The notes: generated from the letters alone by a model not told the origin. A DNA stretch of 64,000 bases from an uncultured Gammaproteobacteria bacterium (GCA_963728615.1 CAVSKQ010000004.1:462364-526363), one strand, 5' to 3'. Positions 50,989 to 61,211 are shown, counted from the stretch's first letter. Numbers and translations: made by a program.

Positions 50989-51115
50989 AAAGGTCATGCA
51001 AAACAGCGCGTAAGGAATGCGTGCTGGTAGCCAGTGGGGGGTCCGTGGCATAGAATGGCGACCCCCAGCCGGCTCGCGCCGCATTGGGCATCACTAGGTG
51101 AGGGACATCAAACCG

Positions 51116-51358
51116 ATGAGCACAGTCGAAGAACGAGTCAAGAAGATCGTCGCCGAGCAGCTCGGGGTGAAGGACGAAGAAGTCACCAGCGATGCGTCCT
51201 TCGTGGACGATCTGGGTGCCGACTCACTGGATACCGTGGAGCTCGTGATGGCGCTCGAAGAGGAATTCGAGACCGAGATTCCGGACGAGGATGCCGAGAA
51301 GATCACAACGGTGCAGCAGGCGATCGACTACATCGTCCAGCACCAGTCCAAGACCTGA
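51116..51358 (+). CDS. acpP: Acyl carrier protein
   Basis: [51 protein letters not shown], with the DSLD phosphopantetheine site. Confidence 0.96.
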   Translation: MSTVEERVKKIVAEQLGVKDEEVTSDASFVDDLGADSLDTVELVMALEEEFETEIPDEDAEKITTVQQAIDYIVQHQSKT

Positions 51359-51436
51359 GGCTTGTGGCGTGCGAGCCCCGGCCCCGCGGCCGGGGTCCCT
51401 GCCATGGCCGCCCCACGCCAGCCAGAGGTTGATGCC

Positions 51437-52681
51437 TTGAGCAAGCGACGCGTCGTCGTCACGGGTCTCGGCATGCTCTCGCCGCTCGGCAACACGGTCG
51501 AGGGCAGCTGGTCGGCTGCGCTGGCAGGCAAGAGCGGCATCGGCCCGATCACGCGGTTCGACACCACCGGGTTCCCGAGCACGATCGCCGGGAGCATCCG
51601 CGACTTCGACGTGACCGCGTACATGCCGGCCAAGGAAGCGCGCCGCATGGACCTGTTCATGCAGTACGGCGTAGCGGCCGGCGTGCAGGCGATCGCCGAC
51701 AGCGGCCTCGAGGTCACCGACGCGAATCGCTCGCGCATCGGCCTCGTCATGGGCGCCGGCATCGGCGGGCTCGCGACGATCGAGGAGAACTACGCCAAGT
51801 ACCTCGAGGTCAAGGGCCCCAGGAAGATCTCGCCGTTCTACATCCCGGCCTCGATCGTCAACATGATCTCCGGCCACCTTTCGATCATGTACGGGATCAC
51901 CGGGCCGAACCTCGCCGTCATCACGGCCTGCACGACCTCGACCCACGCGATCGGCATCGGCATGCGCACGATCCAGTACGGCGACGCGGACGTCGTGATC
52001 GCCGGTGGCGCCGAGATGGCGCAGACGCCGACCGCGGTCGGCGGTTTCTGCCAGGCGCGGGCGTTATCGACGCGAAACGCCGAGCCCACCAGGGCGAGCC
52101 GGCCGTGGGATCGCGACCGCGACGGTTTCGTGATGGGCGACGGCGCGGGCGCCATGGTGCTCGAGGAATACGAATCGGCGAAAAAGCGCGGAGCGCGCAT
52201 CTACGCGGAGCTGATCGGCTTCGGCATGAGCGGCGACGCCTTCCACATCACCGCGCCGCCTGACGACGGCGCCGGCGCCAGGCTCTCGATGGAGAACAGC
52301 CTGCGCGATGCCGCCATCAACCCGGACGAGGTCCAGCACGTGAACGCTCACGCGACCTCGACGCCGCTCGGCGACGTGGCCGAGACGACCGCGATGAAGA
52401 ACGCATTCGGGGCGCACGCTGCGAAGCTCGCAGTCAGCGGCACCAAGTCGATGACCGGGCACCTGCTGGGAGCGGCCGGCGTGGTGGAAGGCATCTTCAG
52501 CGTGCTCGCAATCCGCGACCAGGTCGCGCCGCCCACGATCAACCTCGACCATCCGGGCGAGGGCTGCGACCTCGATTACGTGCCGCACACGGCCCGGTCG
52601 ATGAAGGTCGAAACCGTGGTCAGCAATTCCTTCGGCTTCGGCGGCACCAACGGCACGCTGGTCTTCCGCGCGTTGCGCTGA
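51437..52681 (+). CDS. fabF: 3-oxoacyl-ACP synthase II
   Basis: Start taken at TTG ([18 protein letters not shown]). Active-site [36 protein letters not shown]. Confidence 0.92.
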   Translation: MSKRRVVVTGLGMLSPLGNTVEGSWSAALAGKSGIGPITRFDTTGFPSTIAGSIRDFDVTAYMPAKEARRMDLFMQYGVAAGVQAIADSGLEVTDANRSRIGLVMGAGIGGLATIEENYAKYLEVKGPRKISPFYIPASIVNMISGHLSIMYGITGPNLAVITACTTSTHAIGIGMRTIQYGDADVVIAGGAEMAQTPTAVGGFCQARALSTRNAEPTRASRPWDRDRDGFVMGDGAGAMVLEEYESAKKRGARIYAELIGFGMSGDAFHITAPPDDGAGARLSMENSLRDAAINPDEVQHVNAHATSTPLGDVAETTAMKNAFGAHAAKLAVSGTKSMTGHLLGAAGVVEGIFSVLAIRDQVAPPTINLDHPGEGCDLDYVPHTARSMKVETVVSNSFGFGGTNGTLVFRALR

Positions 52682-52706
52682 GCGGGGCCATGCGGCGCCC
52701 CGTACC

Positions 52707-54053
52707 GTGATGCGGGACCTCCCGGCCGTCGCGGACGCCACGGAGCGCCTGCTGGCGCTCCATGCGCGCCATCCCGGTCGCTACCCCGTGCTCCTCGACA
52801 GCGCCGCCACCGGCGGCCCGCTCGGGCGCTTCAGCATTCTCATGGCGGCGCCCGGCGAACGCCTGGTGCTCGAACGCGATGGGGGACTCGAGGGTCCGGG
52901 CACGGGCCACCGGTTCTGCGACCGCTTGAACGGATGGTGGCGGACGGACCGCGGCCGGCCTGCGCCAGCGCCCTGGCCGTTTGCGGGTGGCTGGTTCCTG
53001 TATCTCGGATACGAGCTCGCCCAGGAAATCGAGCCGACCCTGCGCCTTCCTCCGTCGCCGCTGCCCACCGTGGCCCTGGCCTGGCGCATGCGCGCCGCCT
53101 TCCTGCACGACCATGCAACCGGCCGGAGCGTCGTGGTGGCCGAGCCCGGGGCCGAAGCCGCTGCGGGCCAGCTCGTTGCGGAATTCGAGGCAGAGCGCGC
53201 AGCTGTTCCCCAAACCGCCGTGACCGCGGCGGGTGAGCTCGTGGAGGACGAGCCGGCGGACTACCTGGAAGCCTGCCGTCGCGCGCTCGAGCACATTGCG
53301 GCGGGCGACGTGTACCAGGCCAACCTCGCGCGCGGCTGGCGCATGCCGCTGACAGGGAGCCCCGGGACCGCCGACCTGTACCGCCGACTGCGCGCAGCCA
53401 ATCCTGGGGCCTTCGCCGGTTCGGCCGTGCTGCCGGGATTCTCGATACTCTCCAGCTCGCCGGAACGACTGGTGCGCGTGCGGGGCCGCGAAGTGGACAC
53501 GCGGCCCATTGCCGGCACGCGGCCGCGGCGCGGCCAGTCGGACACCGCAGCCATCGCGGAGCTGACCGGCAGTCCAAAGGAACGGGCGGAGCACGTGATG
53601 CTCATCGACCTCGAGCGCAACGACCTCGGCCGCCTGTGCGAAGCCGGAACGGTGCGGGTCGACGAGTTCATGGTCGTCGAGAGCTATGCGCACGTGCACC
53701 ATATCGTGTCGAACGTGAGCGGACGGTTGCGCGCGGACGTCGAGCCGGGCGACGTCGTGCGCGCGCTTTTCCCGGGCGGCACGATCACCGGTTGCCCGAA
53801 GGTACGTTGCATGCAGCTGATCGGGGATCTTGAGGGCCGCGGACGCGGCGCATACACCGGCGCCATGGGCTATCTCGCGCTCGACGGCGGCCTCGACCTG
53901 AACATCCTCATCCGCACGATGACGGTCCAGGATGGCGAGGTGGAACTCCGTGCCGGCGCGGGCATCGTCGCCGACTCGGATCCGCTGCGCGAGCTCGAGG
54001 AAACACGCGCGAAGGCGAGGGGCCTGCTGCGCGCGCTCGGAAGCGCGCTATGA
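52707..54053 (+). CDS. pabB: Aminodeoxychorismate synthase component I
   Basis: Chorismate-binding core SSSPERLV, TRPIAGTRPRG, ERAEHVMLIDLERNDLGR, FPGGTITGCPKVRCMQLI, GAYTGAMGY. Followed by pabC with an ATGA overlap. Confidence 0.85.
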   Translation: MMRDLPAVADATERLLALHARHPGRYPVLLDSAATGGPLGRFSILMAAPGERLVLERDGGLEGPGTGHRFCDRLNGWWRTDRGRPAPAPWPFAGGWFLYLGYELAQEIEPTLRLPPSPLPTVALAWRMRAAFLHDHATGRSVVVAEPGAEAAAGQLVAEFEAERAAVPQTAVTAAGELVEDEPADYLEACRRALEHIAAGDVYQANLARGWRMPLTGSPGTADLYRRLRAANPGAFAGSAVLPGFSILSSSPERLVRVRGREVDTRPIAGTRPRRGQSDTAAIAELTGSPKERAEHVMLIDLERNDLGRLCEAGTVRVDEFMVVESYAHVHHIVSNVSGRLRADVEPGDVVRALFPGGTITGCPKVRCMQLIGDLEGRGRGAYTGAMGYLALDGGLDLNILIRTMTVQDGEVELRAGAGIVADSDPLRELEETRAKARGLLRALGSAL

Positions 54054-54859
54054 CGCGCGTCCTCGTCAACGGCCGCGCCGGCGAGGCGCTCGATCCGCTC
54101 GATCGCGGGCTGCTCTACGGCGACGGGCTCTTCGAGACCATCGCGATCGTGGGTGGGCGCCCGCGTTTCCTCGACTGGCACTTCGAGCGCCTGGCGGGCG
54201 GTGCCCGCGCACTCGGCTTCCCGGAGCCGGTTCTCGATGCCCTGCGCGGGGAAATCGCGAGCGTCGCGACCGAGCCGCAATGCGTGGTGAAGCTCGTCCT
54301 GACGCGCGGACCGGGCGAGCGTGGCTACCGTCCGCCGCGCAATCCACGGCCGACGCGCATCGTGAGCGCATCGCCGTGGCCGGCTTGGCCTCCAGCTGCG
54401 GCAACGGCGGGCATACGGCTCGGATGGTGCCGCACGCGCCTCGCGCGCAACCGCGTCCTGGCGGGCCACAAGCACCTGAACCGGCTCGAGCAGGTCCTGG
54501 CGCGAGCCGAGTGGGATGATGGCACGATGGACGAGGGCCTCATGCAGGACGACGGCGGCCACGTGATCGCGGCGACGCAGGCGAATCTCTTTGCCCGCAT
54601 CGACGGCGCCTGGGTCACGCCGCGGCTCGACGAATGCGGAGTCGCGGGCATCATGCGGCGCGCGTTCAGCCAATGGTCCGGGGCTCGAGGGGACGAGGTC
54701 GTGGAACGCACGCTCGAAGTCGCCGGCGTCGCTTCGGCCACGTCCCTCGTCGTGACGAACGCACTGATCGGCGCCTGGCCGGTCGCCACGCTAAACGGGC
54801 GCGAGCTCGCTGTCGACCCCGCGACCGTAGCATTCAACGCATGGCTCGCGCGACAGTGA
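54050..54859 (+). CDS. pabC: Aminodeoxychorismate lyase (class IV aminotransferase fold)
   Basis: DRGLLYGDGLFETI, KLVLTRG, AGHKHLNRLEQVLA, GVAGIMR. Confidence 0.85.
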   Translation: MTRVLVNGRAGEALDPLDRGLLYGDGLFETIAIVGGRPRFLDWHFERLAGGARALGFPEPVLDALRGEIASVATEPQCVVKLVLTRGPGERGYRPPRNPRPTRIVSASPWPAWPPAAATAGIRLGWCRTRLARNRVLAGHKHLNRLEQVLARAEWDDGTMDEGLMQDDGGHVIAATQANLFARIDGAWVTPRLDECGVAGIMRRAFSQWSGARGDEVVERTLEVAGVASATSLVVTNALIGAWPVATLNGRELAVDPATVAFNAWLARQ

Positions 54860-55893
54860 ACCGTTGGCTGCAGGCAGGGGCACTGTTCGCAGTCCTCGCG
54901 ATCGCGGCCTTCCTCGCCTGGAACCATTACGAGCGCAAGTGGCTGCGCGAACCGATCGTCGCGCTGGTCGAGCCCACGGTTTTCGAGGTGGCGCGCGGCG
55001 CGTCGCTGACGTCCGTCGCCCGCCGGCTCGACGAAGCGGGGCTGATGGAGCGCCCCGCAACCTGGCTGCGCCACGCGAAGCGCGAGCGTCTCGCGACGCG
55101 ACTCAAGGCCGGCGAGTATCGCCTGCAGCCGGGCACCTCGCCGGCGATGCTGCTCGAGCAATTCGTGTCCGGCGAAGTCATCCTCCACGCGTTGACGCTG
55201 CCCGAGGGCTGGACCTTCCGCCAGGCCCTGGCCGCCATCCAGTCGCATCCCGAGGTCGAGGTCGAGCTCGAGGGGCTCGATGACGACGCGATCCTCGCGC
55301 GGCTCGGGCTCCGCGATCCGCATCCGGAGGGCCTCTTCTTCCCGGACACCTACCGGTTCCCGCGCGGCACGACGGACCGCGAACTCCTGCGCCAGGCGCA
55401 TGCGCGGCTCGAGGACGAGCTGGCAGCCGCGTGGTCGCGGCGCGCAGCCGGCCTGCCGATCGACACGCCGTACGAGGCCCTCATCCTGGCATCGCTCGTC
55501 GAGAAGGAAACCGGCGCCGAGGACGAACGGCCGCTCATCGCAGGCGTCTTCGTCAACCGGCTGCGGAAAGGGATGCGGCTGCAAACCGATCCGACGGTAA
55601 TCTACGGCCTCGGCACGGATTTCGACGGCAACCTGCGGCGCAGGGATCTCGAGGGCGACAACGACTACAACACGTACACGCGCGCCGGCCTGCCGCCGAC
55701 ACCGATCGCGCTCGCCGGGCGCGCGGCGCTGGCGGCGGCCGTCCGGCCCGCGGCGACGGACTCGCTCTACTTCGTCGCGACCGGGCTCGGCGACGGCCGC
55801 CACTTTTTCGCCGCGACGCTCGCTGCGCACAACGCGAACGTTTCGCGCCACATCGCCAACCTGCGCCGCGGCCGCAGCGTTCGGGTACGCTGA
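54841..55893 (+). CDS. mltG: Endolytic murein transglycosylase (YceG family)
   Basis: N-terminal TM. LPEGWT, FFPDTYRF, LASLVEKETG, VFVNRLRKGMRLQTDPTVIYG, YNTYTRAGLPPTPIA. Confidence 0.9.
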   Translation: MARATVNRWLQAGALFAVLAIAAFLAWNHYERKWLREPIVALVEPTVFEVARGASLTSVARRLDEAGLMERPATWLRHAKRERLATRLKAGEYRLQPGTSPAMLLEQFVSGEVILHALTLPEGWTFRQALAAIQSHPEVEVELEGLDDDAILARLGLRDPHPEGLFFPDTYRFPRGTTDRELLRQAHARLEDELAAAWSRRAAGLPIDTPYEALILASLVEKETGAEDERPLIAGVFVNRLRKGMRLQTDPTVIYGLGTDFDGNLRRRDLEGDNDYNTYTRAGLPPTPIALAGRAALAAAVRPAATDSLYFVATGLGDGRHFFAATLAAHNANVSRHIANLRRGRSVRVR

Positions 55894-55897
55894 CGCG

Positions 55898-56533
55898 GTG
55901 CGCGGCGCGTTCATCACATTCGAGGGCGTGGAAGGCGTCGGCAAGTCCACGCAGATCGCGCTGGCGGCGTCGCACTTGCGCGGCCTCGGAATCGAACCGG
56001 TCGTCACGCGCGAGCCGGGCGGCACTCCGCTTGCGGAGAAGCTGCGCGCGCTGGTGCTCGAAACCGGTCACGGTCCGGTCAGCGCGAGCGCCGAGCTCCT
56101 GATCTATTTCGCGGCGCGCGCGAGCCATGTCGCGGAGGTCATCCGGCCGGCGCTGGCCGCCGGGCGCTGCGTGCTCTGCGACCGGTTCACGGACACGACC
56201 GAGGCGTACCAGGGCGGCGGCCGGGGCGTCGACGCCGCATCGATTCGCGCGCTCGCGGACATTGCGCATCCCGGCCTCGCGCCTGACCTCACGCTGGTGT
56301 TCGACGCGCCGGCGGACGTCACGCACCTGCGGCTCGCCGGTCGGGGCCCCGGGCGGGACCGGATCGAGTCCGAGGACGCGGCGTTCTTCGAGCGCGTGCG
56401 CCGCACATACAAGGCGATCGCCGCGCGCGAGCCGGATCGCGTCCGCATCGTCGATGCGACCCAGCCGCAGGCGGACATCGCGACGATCGTCGCCACGTTG
56501 ATCGACGGCGCGCTGGCGCGCCTCGGACGCTGA
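55898..56533 (+). CDS. tmk: Thymidylate kinase
   Basis: GTG start with ITFEGVEGVGKSTQ P-loop, TREPGGTPLAEKLR, DRFTDTTEAYQGGGRG. Confidence 0.92.
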   Translation: MRGAFITFEGVEGVGKSTQIALAASHLRGLGIEPVVTREPGGTPLAEKLRALVLETGHGPVSASAELLIYFAARASHVAEVIRPALAAGRCVLCDRFTDTTEAYQGGGRGVDAASIRALADIAHPGLAPDLTLVFDAPADVTHLRLAGRGPGRDRIESEDAAFFERVRRTYKAIAAREPDRVRIVDATQPQADIATIVATLIDGALARLGR

Positions 56534-56536
56534 ACG

Positions 56537-57595
56537 ATGGCCGAGAGCGAACTCGACGACGATGTCCTGCTCGCGCCCGAGACGGCGCCGCTGCTGGAAC
56601 GGGCAAACGTGGCCTGGCTCGAGCCGGTGCGCGCGCGCCTCGCGGCGCTGCAGGCCCAGGACCGCATGCCGCACGGCGTGCTGCTGACGGGGGTTCCCGG
56701 CGCGGGGCAGGTCGAGGTGGCGGTTTGGCTCGCGGCGAGGCTCTTGTGTCGCGCCGACGACGGGCGGCCCTGCGGCCAGTGCGCCGACTGCCGACTGTTC
56801 CGCGCCGGCAGCCATCCGGATTTCCGCTGGGTCGGCGTACTGCCGGACAAGAAGGACATCGGCATCGACCAGCTGCGCAGGCTGTCCGAGATCCTCTCGA
56901 TGCGCAGTTATCGCGGGGGCGCCAAGGTTGCCGTCATTGCGCCGGCCGACGCGATGAGCATCAAGGCCCACAACGCCCTCCTCAAGACGCTCGAGGAGCC
57001 CGCGAGCGAGACCTACCTCGTGCTGGCGGCCAGCCGCATCGAGCGGATCCCGAAGACCATCCTGAGCCGCTGCATGCGGATGTCGATGCCGTTGCCGGAG
57101 GCCGCTGACGCGCTTGCCTGGCTGGCGGGGCAGGGAGTTCCGCAGCAGGCGCCAGCGCTTCTCGCGCTCGCGTCCGGCGCGCCGTTCCGGGCCCTGGAGT
57201 ACCAGGAAGACGGCCTGGGGTCGCTGGAAGCCGAAATGCAGGACGCGGTGACCGCGGCCATGGACGGCCGCCTCGACTTTGTTGCGTTTGCCGACCATTG
57301 CGCCAGGAATTCGCCGGGTGCGCGGCTCGCCTGGCTCGAAAGCTGGCTCGCACGGAGCCTGAAGGACGCATCCCTGGCTAGTGATGGGGTTAACAATAAT
57401 CGACTACCATGGTTGCGGCCGCCGGGCCTGGAAACGAAGATACGGGCGGGTTTTGGCCTGCTTGACCAGCTGCGCGAGGCGCGCCGGCAGGCGGGCGGGC
57501 CGCTGAACATGCAGTTGCTTTTTGAAGGGCTCGCAGTCTCGCTGGCTGCCCTGCTTGGGCGGAGGGCGAAAGGATTGGAGGAGAGCGCGGGTTGA
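56537..57595 (+). CDS. holB: DNA polymerase III delta-prime subunit
   Basis: HGVLLTGVPGAGQ, Zn-module CGQCADCRLFRAGSHPDF, AHNALLKTLEEP, ILSRC. Located in the tmk-holB-pilZ synteny. Confidence 0.88.
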   Translation: MAESELDDDVLLAPETAPLLERANVAWLEPVRARLAALQAQDRMPHGVLLTGVPGAGQVEVAVWLAARLLCRADDGRPCGQCADCRLFRAGSHPDFRWVGVLPDKKDIGIDQLRRLSEILSMRSYRGGAKVAVIAPADAMSIKAHNALLKTLEEPASETYLVLAASRIERIPKTILSRCMRMSMPLPEAADALAWLAGQGVPQQAPALLALASGAPFRALEYQEDGLGSLEAEMQDAVTAAMDGRLDFVAFADHCARNSPGARLAWLESWLARSLKDASLASDGVNNNRLPWLRPPGLETKIRAGFGLLDQLREARRQAGGPLNMQLLFEGLAVSLAALLGRRAKGLEESAG

Positions 57596-57951
57596 TGAAA
57601 ATGCGGGCACCATCGACGAAGCCAGGCCTCCTGACGCTCACGATCAAGGACAAGAGCGCGCTTTACCTCGCGTACATGCCGTTCGTGAAGAACGGCGGGC
57701 TCTTCATCCCGACCAACAGCAGCTATCGGCTCGGCGACGAGGTCTTCATGCTCCTCAACCTGATGGGCGAGGAGGAGAAGCTACCGGTCGCGGGACGCGT
57801 CATCTGGCTGACGCCCAAGGGCGCACAGGGCAAGCGGACGGCGGGCATCGGCGTGCAGTTCAGCGAGCAGGACCGCGGCACGACGCAGAAGAAGATCGAG
57901 TCCTACCTCGCCGGCGCGCTCGGCGGCGACAAGGCCACGCATACGATGTGA
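57592..57951 (+). CDS. pilZ: Type IV pilus assembly protein PilZ
   Basis: LTLTIKDKSALYLAYMPFVKNGGLFIPTNSSYRLGDEVFMLLNLMGEEEKLPVAGRVIWLTPKGAQGKRTAGIGVQF...IESYLAGALGGDKATHTM, co-linear with my memory of Pseudomonas PilZ. Confidence 0.9.
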   Translation: MMKMRAPSTKPGLLTLTIKDKSALYLAYMPFVKNGGLFIPTNSSYRLGDEVFMLLNLMGEEEKLPVAGRVIWLTPKGAQGKRTAGIGVQFSEQDRGTTQKKIESYLAGALGGDKATHTM

Positions 57952-57957
57952 TCTGGA

Positions 57958-58002
57958 GGGGACGTTCACTTTTGCGCGCGGCGCGCAAAAGTGAACGTCC
58001 CC
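57958..58002. terminator. 45-nt perfect palindrome (22-bp arms) between the convergent pilZ and cNMP/rhodanese genes
   Basis: GGGGACGTTCACTTTTGCGCGC-G-GCGCGCAAAAGTGAACGTCCCC, starting 6 nt after the pilZ stop and ending 1 nt before the other gene's stop. No flanking U-tract on either strand. Confidence 0.5.
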
Positions 58003-58003
58003 T

Positions 58004-59062
58004 TCAATCTGGTCCGAGCTGGTTGCCGGCCATGCCTCCCTGGAGGCAATACGCGTCGAATCCCCGCTCGGAAAGCAGGAAGGCTGCGGCCGAGCTGCGC
58101 CGCCCGGTGTCGCAGACCGCGATGTAGGGCGTCTTCGTGTCGAGCGTCTTGACCTTGAGCCGGATGAAGTAGAGCGGTACGTTCAGCGCGTCGTCGAGGT
58201 GAAATGTCTCGAACTCGGACGGCAGGCGTACGTCCAGCCACTTCGCGCCGCGCTCGACCAGCTCGCGCGCATGCGGAAGCTCCACCCAGTGCAGCAGCGG
58301 CTCGTTCAGGAGCTCCTTAAAGTCGTCCTTGCCGAGGCGGACGAGCGCGCCGTCCGTCTGCATGGTGATCGTCGCGTTGCGCTTGCCGTCGGAAATCAGG
58401 GCCTCTTCGCCGAACGACTCGCCGACGCCGAGCTCCGCGAGCTTGAGGCCGTCGCGGTTCATCGGCGTTTCCCGCGTCACCACGGCGGAGCCCTTGGTGA
58501 TCACGTAGAAGAAGTCGCCGTCGTCGCCCTGCTTGATGACGACTTCGCCCGCGCGGCAAGCGACGTGCTGCATGCGCATGAAGAGCGCCTGCAGGTTCGC
58601 GGGCGGGATGCGGTGGAAGGCCTTGGTCTGCAGCAACACCGTCATCCAGTCGTCGCCGTCCGCGCTGGCGCCCCCGGCGATCTCGCTGACCTCGTACGAG
58701 CCCGTCTGGTCCCAGGTGATCATGACGTCGAGCAGGTCCGAGTCGATCGCGACGTAGGTGACGTCGGAGAGCGCACGCGCCGTGAAGCGCCGCGGCTGGC
58801 CGGGCGCAATGGCGATTCGCGCCTCGGGCGTGCCGGCGCGCAGCATCGACACCGTGCGGTCGCCGACGCGCAGTTCGAGCTCGCCGCCGACGAGGTAGAT
58901 CGTGCGCTTGTCGGACTCGCCTTCCTTGAACAGGATTCGGCCGGAATCGAGCTCCTGCAGCCGCGTCTTCTTGGCGAGCGCGTGCAGGTTCTCGCGCTTC
59001 AGACCGTCCAGCGGGCTGAAGCTGCGCAACACGTCGAGTTCGACCGGCTTGTCTTGAGTCAT
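58004..59062 (-). CDS. Protein with two cyclic-nucleotide-binding domains and a C-terminal rhodanese domain
   Basis: cNMP domain 2 has GESFGEEALISDGKRNATI (canonical phosphate-binding cassette). Domain 1 is degenerate (PGQPRRFTARA, no FGE). Rhodanese loop AVCDTGRRSS has an active-site Cys. Confidence 0.8.
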   Translation of the reverse strand: MTQDKPVELDVLRSFSPLDGLKRENLHALAKKTRLQELDSGRILFKEGESDKRTIYLVGGELELRVGDRTVSMLRAGTPEARIAIAPGQPRRFTARALSDVTYVAIDSDLLDVMITWDQTGSYEVSEIAGGASADGDDWMTVLLQTKAFHRIPPANLQALFMRMQHVACRAGEVVIKQGDDGDFFYVITKGSAVVTRETPMNRDGLKLAELGVGESFGEEALISDGKRNATITMQTDGALVRLGKDDFKELLNEPLLHWVELPHARELVERGAKWLDVRLPSEFETFHLDDALNVPLYFIRLKVKTLDTKTPYIAVCDTGRRSSAAAFLLSERGFDAYCLQGGMAGNQLGPD

Positions 59063-59124
59063 TTCATCGTGCGCATGGCGCGGCAGGACTTCCCTGCCGT
59101 GCGGGCGCGAATCCTATCATAGCC

Positions 59125-61160
59125 TCACCGGCGCACTTCGAGTGCAGCCCAGCCCTCGTCCGGCCGGAAACGCGGGCCATACTTCGATGCAAGCGCCTGG
59201 AGTCGCGTGACGATCGAAGGAACGCCGCGCGCGCGCGCGTAGTGCAGCGGACCGCCGCGAAACGGCGCGAAGCCGGTGCCGAAGATCATGCCGGCGTCGA
59301 GCAGGTCCTCGTCCTCGACGACGCCTTCGCGCAGGCATGCGACCGCCTCGTTGAGGTACTGGAGCACGAGCCGGTCCGTGAGATCGTCCGGCGGGCGCCC
59401 CGCGCTATCCGGCTTGACCGGCCTGCCGTCGCGCCACTCGTAGTAGCCACGCCCGGATTTGCGCCCGAGGTGGCCGGCGGCGATCAGTTCCGCCGTGCCG
59501 CGCGGCACCGCCATGCCGAAGGCTTCGGCGAGGATCTTGCCGACGTGCGCGGCGACGTCGAGGCCGACCGTATCGGCGAGCTCGATCGGGCCCATCGGCA
59601 TCCCGAACTCGACGGCCACGCGGTCGATCAGCGCGAGCGGCACGCCCTCGTCGGCGGCGAGCATCGCCTCGGTCATGTACGGCATCAGGATGCGGTTGAC
59701 GACGAATCCGGGCGAGCTGCGGCAGGGCAGGGGCAGCTTGTCGAGCCGGCGCGTGAATGCGAGCGAGTCCTCGACGATCCCGGCACGCGTCTGCCCGGAC
59801 CGGATGATCTCCACCAGCATCATCTTGGCGACCGGGTTGAAGAAGTGCAGGCCCACGAGGCGCGCCGGGATCGGCGAGGTTCCGCGCCAGGTCCTCGAGC
59901 ACGATGCTGGACGTGTTGGTCGCGAGGATCGCGCCCGGCTTCATGCGCGGCTCGAGCTTCGCGTACAGCTCGCGCTTCGCGTCGGCGTTCTCGAAGATCG
60001 CCTCGATGACGATGTCGGCCTCCGGCACGCCGGCGCCCTCGACGTCCGCCGTAAGCCGGGCGGCCATCTCCGCCGACTTCGCCGGGTCGCGTGCGCGCTT
60101 GCCGAAGAACTCGCGCGCGCGCGCGAGCGCGGGCTCGACGTACTTCATCTCGCGGTCCTGCAGCGTGACGGTCAGGCCCCGCGAAGCGCACCAGGCCGCG
60201 ATGTCGCCGCCCATGACGCCGGCGCCCACGACGTGGACGCGCGCGAACTTGCGCTTCGACTTCCCGCCGAGCGCCTTCATCCGGTTCTGCAGGAAGAAGA
60301 CGCGGACCAGGTTCCTCGACTGCTCGCTGAGGAAGAGCCTTGCGATCGAGCGCGCTTCCGCCTCGAATGCGGCGGCGCCCGCGGCGCCATGGCGCTCGAA
60401 CAGCTCGAGGATCGCGTAGGGCGCCGGATAGTGCGCGGGGTTCGCGCGCCGCGCCACCTGCTTGCGCGCCTGCGACGCGACGAACGAGCGCAGCAGCGGC
60501 CAGGCGAGCATGCGCTGCCCGAGCGGCGGCCGCCTGCGGGGCGGGGCGGCACGCGCAATCTCGCGCGCCGCGTCGGCGAGCCCGTCCTTCTGCGCGAGAC
60601 GGTCGACGAGGCCGAGCTTCAGCGCTTCCTCGGCGCGCAGCGACTTGCCGGTGAGCATCATGTCGAGGGCGGCCGGTGCGCCGACGAGCCTGCGGCGTGC
60701 GCACGGTGCCGCCGAACCCCGGGTGGATGCCGAGCATGACCTCCGGCAGGCCGAGGCTGAGCTTGCCGTCGTTCGCGCCGACGCGGTAGTCGCAGGCGAG
60801 CGCGAGCTCGAGGCCGCCGCCGAGCGCGAACCCATGGATCGCGGCGACCGTGGGCATCGGCAGCGCCGCCAGCCGGTCGAAGACCTGCTGGCCGGTGCGC
60901 ACCAGCCGATAGGCCTGCTCGAGGTCGGTGAGGCCCGTGAACTCGGTGATGTCGGCGCCGGCGACGAACCCGCCGTCCTTCGCCGACCGCAGGATGACGG
61001 CGCGCGGCTTCGACGATTCGATCTGGGCGAGGCAGTCATTCAGCTCGCGCATCGCCGCGCTGCCGAGCGTGTTGGTGCCGCTGCCCTGCAGGTCGAAAGT
61101 CAGCCAGGCGATGCCGTCGGCATCGGTCTCGAGGCGCCAGTGCTGCATGGGACTCGACAT
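59125..61160 (-). CDS. Bifunctional enoyl-CoA hydratase / 3-hydroxyacyl-CoA dehydrogenase (FadB/FadJ-like), two frame changes (about 59865 and about 60700)
   Basis: Hydratase part GFVAGADITEF and HGFALGGGLELALACDYR. Dehydrogenase part VVGAGVMGGDIA and TNTSS, GLHFFNPV, C-terminal GFAPFRGGPLHY. Spread over ORFs 59820..61160, 59405..61039 and 59125..59856. Confidence 0.85.
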
Positions 61161-61211
61161 CGTTCGACTCGCGGGTGGCCGGGTCTGCCGATTATGCGCT
61201 CCCGCGCGCGC

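Noticed and set aside
57592-57951. PilZ as a c-di-GMP receptor, implying a local cyclic-nucleotide signalling module together with the neighbouring cNMP protein.
   Set aside because: The RxxxR and (D/N)xSxxG motifs are not intact in this PilZ (N-S-S-Y-R-L-G has altered spacing and there is no RxxxR). This matches the founding Pseudomonas PilZ, which does not bind c-di-GMP. The adjacency follows from the conserved tmk-holB-pilZ synteny and convergent orientation.
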